Assembly: GCA_041393815.1 (NCBI GenBank)
Contig: JAWKJK010000002.1
Coordinates: 620,916 to 684,915 of the forward strand
Length of the DNA stretch: 64,000 nt
Source: Candidatus Nanopelagicales bacterium
GTDB lineage: Bacteria; Actinomycetota; Actinomycetes; S36-B12; JAWKJK01
Reading direction: 5' to 3'
This document shows positions 37,109 to 46,298 of the stretch, piece after piece; the first letter of the stretch is position 1; every line of letters begins with the position of its first letter. A program made the position numbers and the translations under genes. A model generated the notes under the pieces. That model saw only the letters and a list, made by a program, of their open reading frames with translations, did no database searches and had not been told where the DNA came from.

Positions 37109-37989
37109 TGTCGACCGCGACCGCAACCACTGCCTCCGCCGCGGACCGCTCCGCGGTCCCGCCCAAGCCGTCGCTCGGCTACCGCGCGCTGCGCTGGTGG
37201 CGCGAGCACGTCATCGGGATCATCGCGGTCCTGGTGTTGGTCTACCTGTTCATCCCGATCGCCGTGGTCGCGGTGCTGAGCTTCAACAAGCCGGCCGGCA
37301 AGTACAACACCGCGTGGAACGAGTTCTCCCTCGACGCCTGGAAGAACATCTGCGGCGTACCCGGCGTGTGCTCGTCGTTCGTGACCAGCATCGAGATCGG
37401 TCTGATCGCGACCGCCGTCGCGACGGTCCTCGGCACGATGATCTCGTTCGCGCTGGTGCGGCACCGCTTCCGCGGCCGCGAGGCGACCAACCTGCTGATC
37501 TTCCTGCCGATGGCGACCCCCGAGGTCGTCATGGGTGCCAGCCTGCTGGCGCTGTTCCTCAACCTGAAGTTGCCGCTGGGGTTCTGGACGGTGACGATCG
37601 CGCACATCATGTTCACGATCAGCTTCATCGTCGTGACCGTGAAGGCGCGGCTGCAAGGTCTGGACCCGCGGCTGGAGCAGGCCGCCCAGGACCTGTACGC
37701 CAGCCCGCGTGAGACGTTCCGCTACGTGACCTTCCCGCTGGTGCTGCCCGGCATCATGGGTGCCGCGCTGCTCGGCTTCTCGCTGTCGTTCGACGACTTC
37801 ATCATCTCGTTCTTCAACGCGGGCACCCTGGTCACGTTCCCGATCTACATCTGGGGTGCGGCGCAGCGCGGCATCCCGGTGCAGGTCAACGCCCTGGCCA
37901 CGCTGGTGTTCGCCATCGCGCTGGTCATCGTGCTCGGCGGGCAGTACCTGAACCACCGCCGGCGCAAGAAGCTGGAGGCGGCCGTCTAG
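37108..37989 (+). CDS. polyamine ABC transporter permease (PotC-like)
   Basis: EAA loop EQAAQDLYASPRETFRYVTFPL. The ATG overlaps the preceding stop (TGATG). Confidence 0.87.
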   Translation: MSTATATTASAADRSAVPPKPSLGYRALRWWREHVIGIIAVLVLVYLFIPIAVVAVLSFNKPAGKYNTAWNEFSLDAWKNICGVPGVCSSFVTSIEIGLIATAVATVLGTMISFALVRHRFRGREATNLLIFLPMATPEVVMGASLLALFLNLKLPLGFWTVTIAHIMFTISFIVVTVKARLQGLDPRLEQAAQDLYASPRETFRYVTFPLVLPGIMGAALLGFSLSFDDFIISFFNAGTLVTFPIYIWGAAQRGIPVQVNALATLVFAIALVIVLGGQYLNHRRRKKLEAAV

Positions 37990-38000
37990 GCCTGATATCC

Positions 38001-39419
38001 GTGCCGTTCGCCCGACACCCGCGACCGCAGACGCTGGCCGCGCTCGCCGACCTGACGCATGTCCCGTTCTGGCTGGACAACCCGTCCCGCCCTGACGCGC
38101 GGGCTGCCCTGGTCGGCCCCACCGACGCCGACCTCCTCGTCGTCGGCGCCGGGTTCACCGGGCTGTGGACCGCGCTGCTGGCAAAGGAGGCCGACCCCGG
38201 CCTCGACGTCGTGCTGGTCGAGGGCGGTCGGGTCGCTGACGGCGCCACGGGGCGCAACGGCGGGTTCGTCGCCTCCTCGCTGACGCACGGGTTCCACAAC
38301 GGCGTCGACCGGTGGCCGGGGGACATGCGGACCCTGGTCGCGATGGGGCACGCGAACCTCGACGCCCTCGAGGAGACGGTCACCCGGCTGGGCATCGACT
38401 GCGACTTCCGTCGCTCCGGGGAGATCGACGTCGCGACCGAGCCGTACCAGGTCGAGCACCTGCGCGGCGTGCCGGACGAGGCCGCCCCGTACGGCGAGAA
38501 GCTGGAGTGGCTGGACCGCGACCAGGTCCGCGCACTGGTCGACTCGCCCACCTACCTCGGCGCGGTCTACGACCGCGAGGGCGTGGCGATGGTGGACCCG
38601 GCCCGGCTGGCCTGGGGTCTGCGCGACGCCTGCCTCGCCCTCGGCGTGCGGCTGTACGAGCGCACCCCCGTGACGGGTCTGTCCGACGAGGGCGCCGCGG
38701 TGCGCGCGACGACGCCGTACGGATCGGTGCGCGCGGCCCGGGTTGCCTTGGCCACCAACGCATTCCCGCCCCTACTGCGCCGACTGTCGCACTATGTGGT
38801 CCCGGTGTGGGACTACGTGCTGGTGACCGAGCCGCTCACCGCCGAGCAGCGCGACTCCATCGGCTGGTCCGGGCGGCAGGGGGTCGGCGACTCCGGCAAC
38901 CAGTTCCACTACTACCGGACCACCGAGGACGGCCGGATCCTGTGGGGTGGCTACGACGCCATCTACCACTGGAACAACGGCTTCGACCCGCGGATGGAGA
39001 CCGACCCCGAGTCGTTCGGCCGGCTCGCGGAGCACTTCGTCGAGACGTTCCCGCAGCTGGAGGGCGTCCGCTTCACCCATGGCTGGGGCGGCGCCATCGA
39101 CACCTGCTCGCGATTCAGCGCCTTCTGGGGCCGGGCGCACCGCGGGAAGACCGCCTATGTGATCGGCTACACCGGCCTGGGCGTGGGTGCCTCGCGCTTC
39201 GGGGCGCAGGTGGTGCTGGACCTGCTGGCCGGCCGCGCCACGCAGCGGACCGCCCTGGAGATGGTCCGGGACAAGCCGCTGCCGTTCCCGCCGGAGCCGG
39301 TGCGCTCGATCGGCATCGGCATCACCCGCCGGTCGCTGGACAAGGCGGACCGGCGGGAGGGCCACCGGGACCTGTGGCTGCGCACCCTGGACCGGCTCGG
39401 TCTCGGCTTCGACTCCTGA
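38001..39419 (+). CDS. FAD-dependent oxidoreductase (amine oxidoreductase-like), paralogue of 18488-19873
   Basis: DLLVVGAGFTGLWTALLA and GATGRNGG. Last gene of the ALDH-pot cluster. Confidence 0.85.
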   Translation: MPFARHPRPQTLAALADLTHVPFWLDNPSRPDARAALVGPTDADLLVVGAGFTGLWTALLAKEADPGLDVVLVEGGRVADGATGRNGGFVASSLTHGFHNGVDRWPGDMRTLVAMGHANLDALEETVTRLGIDCDFRRSGEIDVATEPYQVEHLRGVPDEAAPYGEKLEWLDRDQVRALVDSPTYLGAVYDREGVAMVDPARLAWGLRDACLALGVRLYERTPVTGLSDEGAAVRATTPYGSVRAARVALATNAFPPLLRRLSHYVVPVWDYVLVTEPLTAEQRDSIGWSGRQGVGDSGNQFHYYRTTEDGRILWGGYDAIYHWNNGFDPRMETDPESFGRLAEHFVETFPQLEGVRFTHGWGGAIDTCSRFSAFWGRAHRGKTAYVIGYTGLGVGASRFGAQVVLDLLAGRATQRTALEMVRDKPLPFPPEPVRSIGIGITRRSLDKADRREGHRDLWLRTLDRLGLGFDS

Positions 39420-39616
39420 GGGACCCGTCGCCTGCGGCGCTCGACGTGTGCTCCGGAAGCCTTGCGAGGTGTAAGGCTGCGGGCGACCGACCCGTCACTG
39501 TGCGGGTGGACGGTTCCGGGCGGGGTTCGGAGACTGGTACCCGAGCAGAAGACCCGACCAGCCGACCGGGTCGCCCGTGGGCGACCCGGCAACTCCCACG
39601 GACGAGAGGTCCCGGC

Positions 39617-41110
39617 ATGACCGCGCACATCACGCACTGGATCGACGGCAAGCCCTTCGGGGGAGTGGCGGAGCGCCAGGGGGAGGTCTTCGACCCGGCG
39701 ACCGGTGAGCTCACCGCCCGCGTCGACTTCGCCACCGTCAGCGTGATGGACGAGGCGGTAGCGGCGGCCAAGGCGGCGTTCCCTGGCTGGCGCGACACGT
39801 CCCTGACCAAGCGCTCGCAGGTGCTGTTCGCGTTCCGCGAGCTGCTCAACTCCCGCAAGGAGGAGCTGGCCGCGATCATCACCTCGCAGCACGGCAAGGT
39901 GCTGTCGGACGCCCTGGGCGAGGTCACCCGCGGCCTGGAGGTCGTCGAGTTCGCGTGCGGCATCCCGCACCTGCTCAAGGGCGGCTTCTCCGAGGGCGTG
40001 TCCTCCGGCGTGGACGTCTACTCGATCCGGCAGCCGCTGGGCGTGGTGGGGATCATCTCGCCGTTCAACTTCCCGGCGATGGTGCCGATGTGGTTCTTCC
40101 CGATCGCGATCGCGACGGGCAACACGGTGGTGCTCAAGCCGAGCGAGAAGGACCCGTCGGCGGCGAACTTCATCGCCGAGCTGTGGGCCGAGGCCGGCCT
40201 GCCCGCCGGCGTGTTCAACGTGGTGCACGGGGACAAGGTCGCCGTCGATCGGCTGCTGGAGCACCGCGACGTCAAGAGCGTCTCGTTCGTCGGCTCCACC
40301 CCGATCGCGCAGTACGTCTACGAGACCGGCACGAAGAACGGCAAGCGGGTGCAGGCGCTGGGCGGGGCGAAGAACCACATGCTGGTGCTGCCGGATGCGG
40401 ACCTGGACCTGGCCGCGGACCAGGCGGTCAACGCCGGGTACGGCTCGGCGGGCGAGCGGTGCATGGCCATCTCGGTCGTGCTCGCCGTGGACCCGATCGG
40501 CGACGAGCTGGTCGCGAAGATCGCGCAGCGGATGCCCGAGCTGAAGACCGGCGACGGTCGCCGCGGCTGCGACATGGGCCCGCTGGTCACCAAGGTGCAC
40601 CGGGACAAGGTCGCCTCCTACGTCGACGCCGGCGAGGCCGCCGGGGCGTCGCTGGTCGTCGACGGCCGTGACCCGCAGGTCGACGGTGAGCCGGGCGGCT
40701 ACTGGCTCGGACCGACGCTGTTCGACCACGTGACGACCGACATGACGATCTACTCCGACGAGATCTTCGGCCCGGTGCTGTCGGTGGTCCGGGTGCCCTC
40801 GTACGAGGCCGGCGTCCAGCTGATCAACGACCACCCCTACGGCAACGGCACCGCGATCTTCACCAACGACGGCGGCGCCGCGCGGCGGTTCCAGAACGAG
40901 GTCGAGGTCGGCATGATCGGCGTCAACGTGCCGATCCCGGTGCCGATGGCCTACTACTCCTTCGGCGGCTGGAAGAACTCCCTGTTCGGCGACACCCACG
41001 CGCACGGCACCGAGGGCGTGCACTTCTTCACCCGCGGCAAGGTCGTCACCTCGCGCTGGCTGGACCCCAGCCACGGCGGCCTCAACCTGGGCTTCCCGAC
41101 CCAGAGCTGA
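39617..41110 (+). CDS. mmsA: CoA-acylating methylmalonate/malonate-semialdehyde dehydrogenase
   Basis: MmsA-type motifs ALGGAKNHMLVLPDAD, GSAGERCMAIS and FSFGGWKNSLFGD. Confidence 0.9.
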   Translation: MTAHITHWIDGKPFGGVAERQGEVFDPATGELTARVDFATVSVMDEAVAAAKAAFPGWRDTSLTKRSQVLFAFRELLNSRKEELAAIITSQHGKVLSDALGEVTRGLEVVEFACGIPHLLKGGFSEGVSSGVDVYSIRQPLGVVGIISPFNFPAMVPMWFFPIAIATGNTVVLKPSEKDPSAANFIAELWAEAGLPAGVFNVVHGDKVAVDRLLEHRDVKSVSFVGSTPIAQYVYETGTKNGKRVQALGGAKNHMLVLPDADLDLAADQAVNAGYGSAGERCMAISVVLAVDPIGDELVAKIAQRMPELKTGDGRRGCDMGPLVTKVHRDKVASYVDAGEAAGASLVVDGRDPQVDGEPGGYWLGPTLFDHVTTDMTIYSDEIFGPVLSVVRVPSYEAGVQLINDHPYGNGTAIFTNDGGAARRFQNEVEVGMIGVNVPIPVPMAYYSFGGWKNSLFGDTHAHGTEGVHFFTRGKVVTSRWLDPSHGGLNLGFPTQS

Positions 41111-41129
41111 CGCGCCCGGTCCCGCATCC

Positions 41130-41174
41130 GCGGCCCCCGATCCGACGTCCTCGCGGCGCCGGATCGGGGGCCGC
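41130..41174 (+). terminator. 15-bp-stem hairpin after mmsA
   Basis: GCGGCCCCCGATCCG ... CGGATCGGGGGCCGC with a 15-nt loop, 20 nt after the stop. Confidence 0.55.
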
Positions 41175-41219
41175 GTCACTTCCGGGCGTCCGCCGCCTAC
41201 GCGGCGCTAGCCTGCGCGC

Positions 41220-42248
41220 ATGGCACGCTACGGCGCTCAGTTCGGTCCGGACCTCACCTTCCTGGGCGTCGAGCCCTGCGACCTCGACGAGCCGGAGTCT
41301 TACGCGGACGCCGACGTGGTCATCCTCGGGGCACCGTTCGACGGCGGGACGTCGTACCGCTCCGGCGCCCGCTTCGGCCCGAAGGCATTGCGGGAGACCT
41401 GCTATCTCGCGCACGACGGGTCGCGCCCCTCGCTGGCGCTCCGGGTTGACGGCCTGCAGGACCTGTGCGTGCTGGACGCGGGCGACGTGGAGATGTTCAG
41501 CGGCGACGCCGCCCGCTCGTGCGCGGACCTCGAGGCTGCGGTGGAGAAGGTCGCGCGCTCCGGGGCGATCCCGCTGATCCTCGGCGGCGACCACACCGTC
41601 ACCTGGCCCGACGTGACCGGTGTGGCCCGGGGCGGGGATCGTTGGGGGAGGGTCGCGGTCATCCACTTCGACGCGCACGCGGACACCGGCAACATCGAGT
41701 TCGGCTCGCTGATCGGCCACGGCCAGCCCATGCGCCGGCTGATCGAGTCCGGTGCTGCCCGCGGCGACCGGTTCCTGCAGATCGGCCTGCGCGGGTACTG
41801 GCCGCCGCCGGACATCCTCGCCTGGATGGCCGAGCAGAGGATGCGGTCGTACGAGATGACCGAGATCGTCACGCGCGGGCTCGACGAGTGCCTGACCGAG
41901 GCGTTCGCCATCGCGATGGACGAGTGCGACGGGGTGTTCCTGTCGGTCGACATCGACGTGTGCGACCCGGGGCACGCGCCGGGGACGGGCACCCCGGAAC
42001 CGGGCGGGCTGTCGGCGCGGCAGCTGCTCGATGCCGTGCGCCGCATCTGCTACGAGCTGCCCGTCCTCGGCATGGACGTGGTCGAGGTGTCGCCCCCGTA
42101 CGACCACGCCGACATCACCGCGCTGCTCGGCAACCGGGTGGTGCTGGAGGCGCTGTCGGCGCTGGCCCGCAAGCGCAAGGACGCGCGCGACGGCACCGTC
42201 TGGGACCCCCGCCAGCCCCTCCTGGCCGACCGCATCCCCGGCGAGTAG
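41220..42248 (+). CDS. agmatinase / ureohydrolase family protein
   Basis: Mn-binding motifs GGDHTV, HFDAHADT and SVDIDVCDPGHAPGTGTPEPGG. Confidence 0.88.
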   Translation: MARYGAQFGPDLTFLGVEPCDLDEPESYADADVVILGAPFDGGTSYRSGARFGPKALRETCYLAHDGSRPSLALRVDGLQDLCVLDAGDVEMFSGDAARSCADLEAAVEKVARSGAIPLILGGDHTVTWPDVTGVARGGDRWGRVAVIHFDAHADTGNIEFGSLIGHGQPMRRLIESGAARGDRFLQIGLRGYWPPPDILAWMAEQRMRSYEMTEIVTRGLDECLTEAFAIAMDECDGVFLSVDIDVCDPGHAPGTGTPEPGGLSARQLLDAVRRICYELPVLGMDVVEVSPPYDHADITALLGNRVVLEALSALARKRKDARDGTVWDPRQPLLADRIPGE

Positions 42249-42275
42249 CCCCGCCCACCTCGCCCGCCATTTCAC

Positions 42276-42346
42276 GACGGAATGAGTCGGGGCGTTGCTT
42301 TGGGGGCCATTTCCGGCTGGTAAGCGACGTGGGGACTCATTCGGCC
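42276..42346 (+). repeat. 71-bp hairpin-forming interspersed repeat, copy A
   Basis: Termini GACGGAATGAGTC...GACTCATTCGGCC. It matches the reverse complement of 48700-48770 at 24/25 and 23/25 positions in the outer arms. Confidence 0.9.
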
Positions 42347-43017
42347 GAGGTAGTGGGCGGGTTGTCGCGGGACCTGGCGGGGGCGTCGGGGACGCCGTAG
42401 CCGGTGCCGCGGCGGTGCGGTGGTGTCGGCACGGCCTGCTCCACCGGGCAGCGTGCGTCGGGGCAGGCGAGCTCGTCGCACAAGCGGCACATGTACTCGC
42501 TGGTGAGCAGGTCGTCCGCCAGCGCCTCCAGCATCGCGTCCGCGGCGTCGGCGAGGGCGCGGACCTGGTCGTCGTCGAGGGCGTCGACCGCCCGGGTGAG
42601 GACGTCGCGGCGGGCCGCCAGCACCGCCAGGGCCATCCGCTCGCCGACGGCGGTCAGGGCGAGCAGCCGGGTGCGCCCGTCCTCGCCGGGAATCCGCTCG
42701 ACCAGACCCTCGGCCGCCAGGCGTTCGCTGAGCTGGACGGCGCCCGGGTGGGTGATCCGCAGCCGGGCTGCCAGGAACGTGATGGGGCGGTCGGGGTACC
42801 ACAGCAGCGTCACCAGGGCCGCCGGCGTGGCTGCACCGTGGTGCGCCGCAGCCTCGGTGCCCAGACGTACGCGGTCACTGATGGTCTGCGCGAGCGTGCC
42901 CAGGACGTTCGCGGTGAATGCGCGGTCGGCGCGGATGCCGGTGCGTGGTGGCCGAGGGGCGCGAGCGGGCAGCGCGATGCCGTCGACGGGGTGGAAGCGG
43001 CGTTCGGGCGAGGCCAT
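42337..43017 (-). CDS. MarR family regulator with a C-terminal Cys-rich extension
   Basis: MarR wHTH (ITFLAARLRITHPGAVQLSERLAAEGLVERI) followed by CRLCDELACPDARC. ATG 43017 has the RBS GGAGGA; an alternative ATG is at 43050. Confidence 0.8.
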   Translation of the reverse strand: MASPERRFHPVDGIALPARAPRPPRTGIRADRAFTANVLGTLAQTISDRVRLGTEAAAHHGAATPAALVTLLWYPDRPITFLAARLRITHPGAVQLSERLAAEGLVERIPGEDGRTRLLALTAVGERMALAVLAARRDVLTRAVDALDDDQVRALADAADAMLEALADDLLTSEYMCRLCDELACPDARCPVEQAVPTPPHRRGTGYGVPDAPARSRDNPPTTSAE

Positions 43018-43132
43018 GGCGGCGGTCCTCCGTACGAGGAGGGATCCCATATAAGGGGCTTATGCCTTACTGTGCCGAGCACCAGCCGGTGCCCGCAACC
43101 CGCGGGGGCCGCGAACCACAGAGAGCCAGGTC

Positions 43133-44356
43133 ATGCGCATCCTCATCGTCGGCGCCGGTGGCGTCGGCACCTCCGCCGCCCTGATCGCCGCCCGCCGCGA
43201 CTTCTTCGAGCACGTGGTGGTCGCCGACTACGACGAGGCCCGGGCCCGCGCCGTCGTCGAGCGGGTCGCGGACCCGCGCTTCTCGGCCGCCCAGGTCGAC
43301 GCGTCCAGCGCCGAGGCCGTCGCCACGCTCTGCCGCGAGAACGGCATCACCCACGTGCTCAACGTGGTCGACCCGCGCTTCGTCATGCCCATCTTCGAAG
43401 GTGCGTTCGCGGCGGGCGCCGACTACCTGGACACCGCCATGAGCCTGTCGCGCCCGCACCCCGAGCAGCCGTACGAGCTGTCCGGCGTGAAGCTCGGCGA
43501 CGAGCAGTTCGCGAGGGCGGGGGAGTGGGAGTCGGCCGGCCGGCTGGCCCTGGTCGGCATGGGCGTCGAGCCCGGGCTGGCCGACGTCTTCGCGCGCTAC
43601 GCCGCGGACCACCTCTTCAGTGAGATCGACGAGCTCGGCGTGCGCGACGGCGCCAACCTGGTCGTGCACGGCTACGACTTCGCCCCGTCCTTCTCCATCT
43701 GGACGACCATCGAGGAGTGCCTGAACCCGCCGGTGATCTGGGAGAAGGACCGCGACTGGTTCACCACCGCGCCGTTCTCCGAGCCCGAGGTGTTCGACTT
43801 CCCCGAGGGCATCGGCCCGGTCGAGTGCGTGAACGTCGAGCACGAGGAGGTCCTCCTCATGCCGCGCTGGGTCGACGCCAAGCGCGTGACGTTCAAGTAC
43901 GGCATCGGCGACGAGTTCATCGAGGTGCTCAAGACGCTGCACAAGCTGGGCCTGGACCGCACCGAGAAGGTGAAGGTCGGCGGGGTCGAGGTCAGCCCCC
44001 GCGACGTGGTGGCCGCGTGCCTGCCCGACCCGGCGACGCTCGGCGACAAGATGACCGGCAAGACGTGCGCCGGCACCTGGGTGACCGGCCGCGGCAAGGA
44101 CGGTCAGCCGCGCGAGGTGTACCTGTACCACGTCGCCGACAACGAGTGGACGATGGCGGAGTACGGCACCCAGGCCGTGGTCTGGCAGACCGCGATGAAC
44201 CCGGTGGTCGCGCTGGAGCTGCTGGCCACCGGTGCGTGGTCCGGTGCCGGGGTGCTCGGCCCGGAGGCGTTCGACGCCGTGCCGTTCCTCGACCTGCTCA
44301 AGGACGGGTACGGCCAGCCGTGGGGTCTGCAGGAGCGCACCCCCGCCGCCCGCTGA
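43133..44356 (+). CDS. saccharopine dehydrogenase family NAD(P)-binding protein
   Basis: Rossmann fold MRILIVGAGGVG, and family-typical length and C-terminal domain. Confidence 0.82.
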   Translation: MRILIVGAGGVGTSAALIAARRDFFEHVVVADYDEARARAVVERVADPRFSAAQVDASSAEAVATLCRENGITHVLNVVDPRFVMPIFEGAFAAGADYLDTAMSLSRPHPEQPYELSGVKLGDEQFARAGEWESAGRLALVGMGVEPGLADVFARYAADHLFSEIDELGVRDGANLVVHGYDFAPSFSIWTTIEECLNPPVIWEKDRDWFTTAPFSEPEVFDFPEGIGPVECVNVEHEEVLLMPRWVDAKRVTFKYGIGDEFIEVLKTLHKLGLDRTEKVKVGGVEVSPRDVVAACLPDPATLGDKMTGKTCAGTWVTGRGKDGQPREVYLYHVADNEWTMAEYGTQAVVWQTAMNPVVALELLATGAWSGAGVLGPEAFDAVPFLDLLKDGYGQPWGLQERTPAAR

Positions 44357-44417
44357 GGTTGTCCGGCCGGTGGCGGCGGGCCGCGGCGCGATCCGCCCCA
44401 CCCGCGAAACCCGTTGG

Positions 44418-44463
44418 TGTGGTGCCGGTTGCGTGAGCTACAGCTCACGCAACCGGCACCACA
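44418..44463. repeat. 46-bp palindromic repeat, copy 2
   Basis: TGTGGTGCCGGTTGCGTGAGCT-AC-AGCTCACGCAACCGGCACCACA. It differs from copy 1 only by a paired C:G to T:A change. Confidence 0.95.
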
Positions 44464-44474
44464 AGCCGTTCGAC

Positions 44475-46244
44475 TCAGCCGGCGGGCTCGGCGTGCATCT
44501 CCTTGAAGGTGAGCAGGCTGGGCGCGAACTTGTGCGCGGTGCGGTCCACGTCGACGTGGATGACCGCGGGCCGCCCGGAGGCCAGCGCCGCCTCGAGGGC
44601 CGGCCGCAGCTCGTCCGGGTGCGACACCCGCGCGCCGTACGCCCCCATACTCTGCGCCATCACGTCGTAGCGGATCTCGTCGAGGTCGGTGTTGATCCGC
44701 TCCTCGTCCGGCAGCCCGCCCTCGGCGACCAGCTTCTCCGGGTTGAGCGCAAACTCCTGGTTGACCTTCACCATGCCCCACGCCCGGTCCGCGAGCACGA
44801 GCACGATGACCGGCAGGTCGTTGCGGACCGCAGTCTCGATCTCCTGCGGGTGGAAGCCGAACGCACCGTCACCCGTGATGCAGTAGACGGTCCGGCCGGG
44901 GCAGGCCACCTTCGCACCGAGCGCCTGCGCGACACCGGCGCCGAGCATGCCGAACTTGTACGTCGACAGCAGCGAGTGCGGCTCCCGCACCTCGTGGTAG
45001 AGCTGGCCCCAGATGGCGGTGTTGCCGCCGTCGGCCACCATGACGGCGTCGTCGCCGAACACCTCCTGGCAGGCCGGTGCGACGTGGGCTGAGTGCATCG
45101 GGTCGCCGACGACCGACAGCGCCCCGTCGAGCGCCGCGCGACCGGCCGCCTTCTCGGCCGCATACGTCGCGAGGCGCTCCTGACGGGCCGGCAGCACCGC
45201 GGACAGGTCCGACTTCTCCAGCACGTCACCGAGGGCGGCGAGGAACTCGCGCACGTCGGCCAGCACCGGCAGGTCGACCGGCTTGTTCAGCCCGAGCATC
45301 TCGTCGTCGACGTCGACCTGGATCAGCCGCTGGCCGGAGCCGTCGGCCTCGGAGCCTCTGCGCCAGTACGGGGCCTTGCCCCACCAGTCGGTCTCGCCGA
45401 AGCGGGTGCCGAGCGCCAGCACGACGTCGGCCTCGTTGCGCACCTTGTTGTTCAGCTCGGTGTGGACCATCGGCACGGACACGTCGAGCCGCTCGTCGAT
45501 GACGTCGCGGGCCGCCCAGCTCGTGGTGACCGGGGCACCCAGCAGCTCCGCGACGCGACGCAGCTCGGCCTCTGCGTGGGCGTGCAGCACGCCGGAACCG
45601 GCGTGGATCATCGGCGCCTGCGCAGCGACCAGCATCTCCGCGGCCTCGGCCACGTACTCGGGGGCCGGGACGACCGCGTCCAGCCGGCGGTAGCGCTCGG
45701 GCTCGACGTCCGGCCGCACCGGCTCGTCGAACTGGCCGTTCATGATGTCCTCGGGCACGGTCAGGTGCACGACACCGGGACGACCGTCCCAGCACCGGCG
45801 CAGCGCCTTGTGGAACAGCTCGGGGATGCGGTCGAACGACGGCACCGCCTCGCTCCACTTGGCCATCGGCCGGATCACGGCCGGCTGGTCGAAGTACTGG
45901 TACGTGCCGCCGCGGTCCGGGCCCACGATCTGGTGCCGGCGCCAGGACGTGATCAGCAGGATGCGGTTGCCCTCGCCGTTCTCGACCGCGACACCGGGCA
46001 GCGCGTTGGCCACGCCGGGGCCGTTGCTGGCGATGGCGACGCCGAGCCGCCCGGTGAGCCGGGCGTACGCGCCGGCCATGTGCAGGGCGGTGGTCTCGTG
46101 CCGCGGGGTGACCAGGCGGATGCCGTGGTCGCGCAGGTGCGAGTAGAGGCCGAAGTAGGTGCCGTCGATGATGCCGAAGACGACCTCGACGCCCTCGGCG
46201 GCGAGCATGCGGGCGAGTCGCTCGCCCCCGGAGATCTGGGCCAT
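44475..46244 (-). CDS. thiamine diphosphate-dependent enzyme (acetolactate synthase large-subunit-like)
   Basis: N-terminal Pyr domain (GVEVVFGIIDGTY...HETTALHMAGAYARLTG) and the TPP-binding motif ITGDGAFGF...N. Confidence 0.87.
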   Translation of the reverse strand: MAQISGGERLARMLAAEGVEVVFGIIDGTYFGLYSHLRDHGIRLVTPRHETTALHMAGAYARLTGRLGVAIASNGPGVANALPGVAVENGEGNRILLITSWRRHQIVGPDRGGTYQYFDQPAVIRPMAKWSEAVPSFDRIPELFHKALRRCWDGRPGVVHLTVPEDIMNGQFDEPVRPDVEPERYRRLDAVVPAPEYVAEAAEMLVAAQAPMIHAGSGVLHAHAEAELRRVAELLGAPVTTSWAARDVIDERLDVSVPMVHTELNNKVRNEADVVLALGTRFGETDWWGKAPYWRRGSEADGSGQRLIQVDVDDEMLGLNKPVDLPVLADVREFLAALGDVLEKSDLSAVLPARQERLATYAAEKAAGRAALDGALSVVGDPMHSAHVAPACQEVFGDDAVMVADGGNTAIWGQLYHEVREPHSLLSTYKFGMLGAGVAQALGAKVACPGRTVYCITGDGAFGFHPQEIETAVRNDLPVIVLVLADRAWGMVKVNQEFALNPEKLVAEGGLPDEERINTDLDEIRYDVMAQSMGAYGARVSHPDELRPALEAALASGRPAVIHVDVDRTAHKFAPSLLTFKEMHAEPAG

Positions 46245-46298
46245 GGGTATGTGCTTCCTCGTGTGTCGGTGTCGGTGGGGCGATGTGTCGGTGCGGGA

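Noticed and set aside
42272-42802. ORFs reading through the 71-bp repeat copies (42272-42802 on the minus strand; 48376-48747, 48401-48751 and 48478-48717)
   Set aside because: They overlap the MarR and TauE-like genes out of frame or antisense, and their composition is Arg/Pro-rich. Their similarity to each other comes only from the shared repeat (MSPHVA...).
46255-46295. Short repeated GTGTCGGTG motif (three times) between the SDR and TPP-enzyme genes
   Set aside because: The repeats are real but short, and the sequence is GC-rich. On the coding strand they lie just upstream of a GAGGAAG RBS. I cannot distinguish a functional site from chance in this composition.
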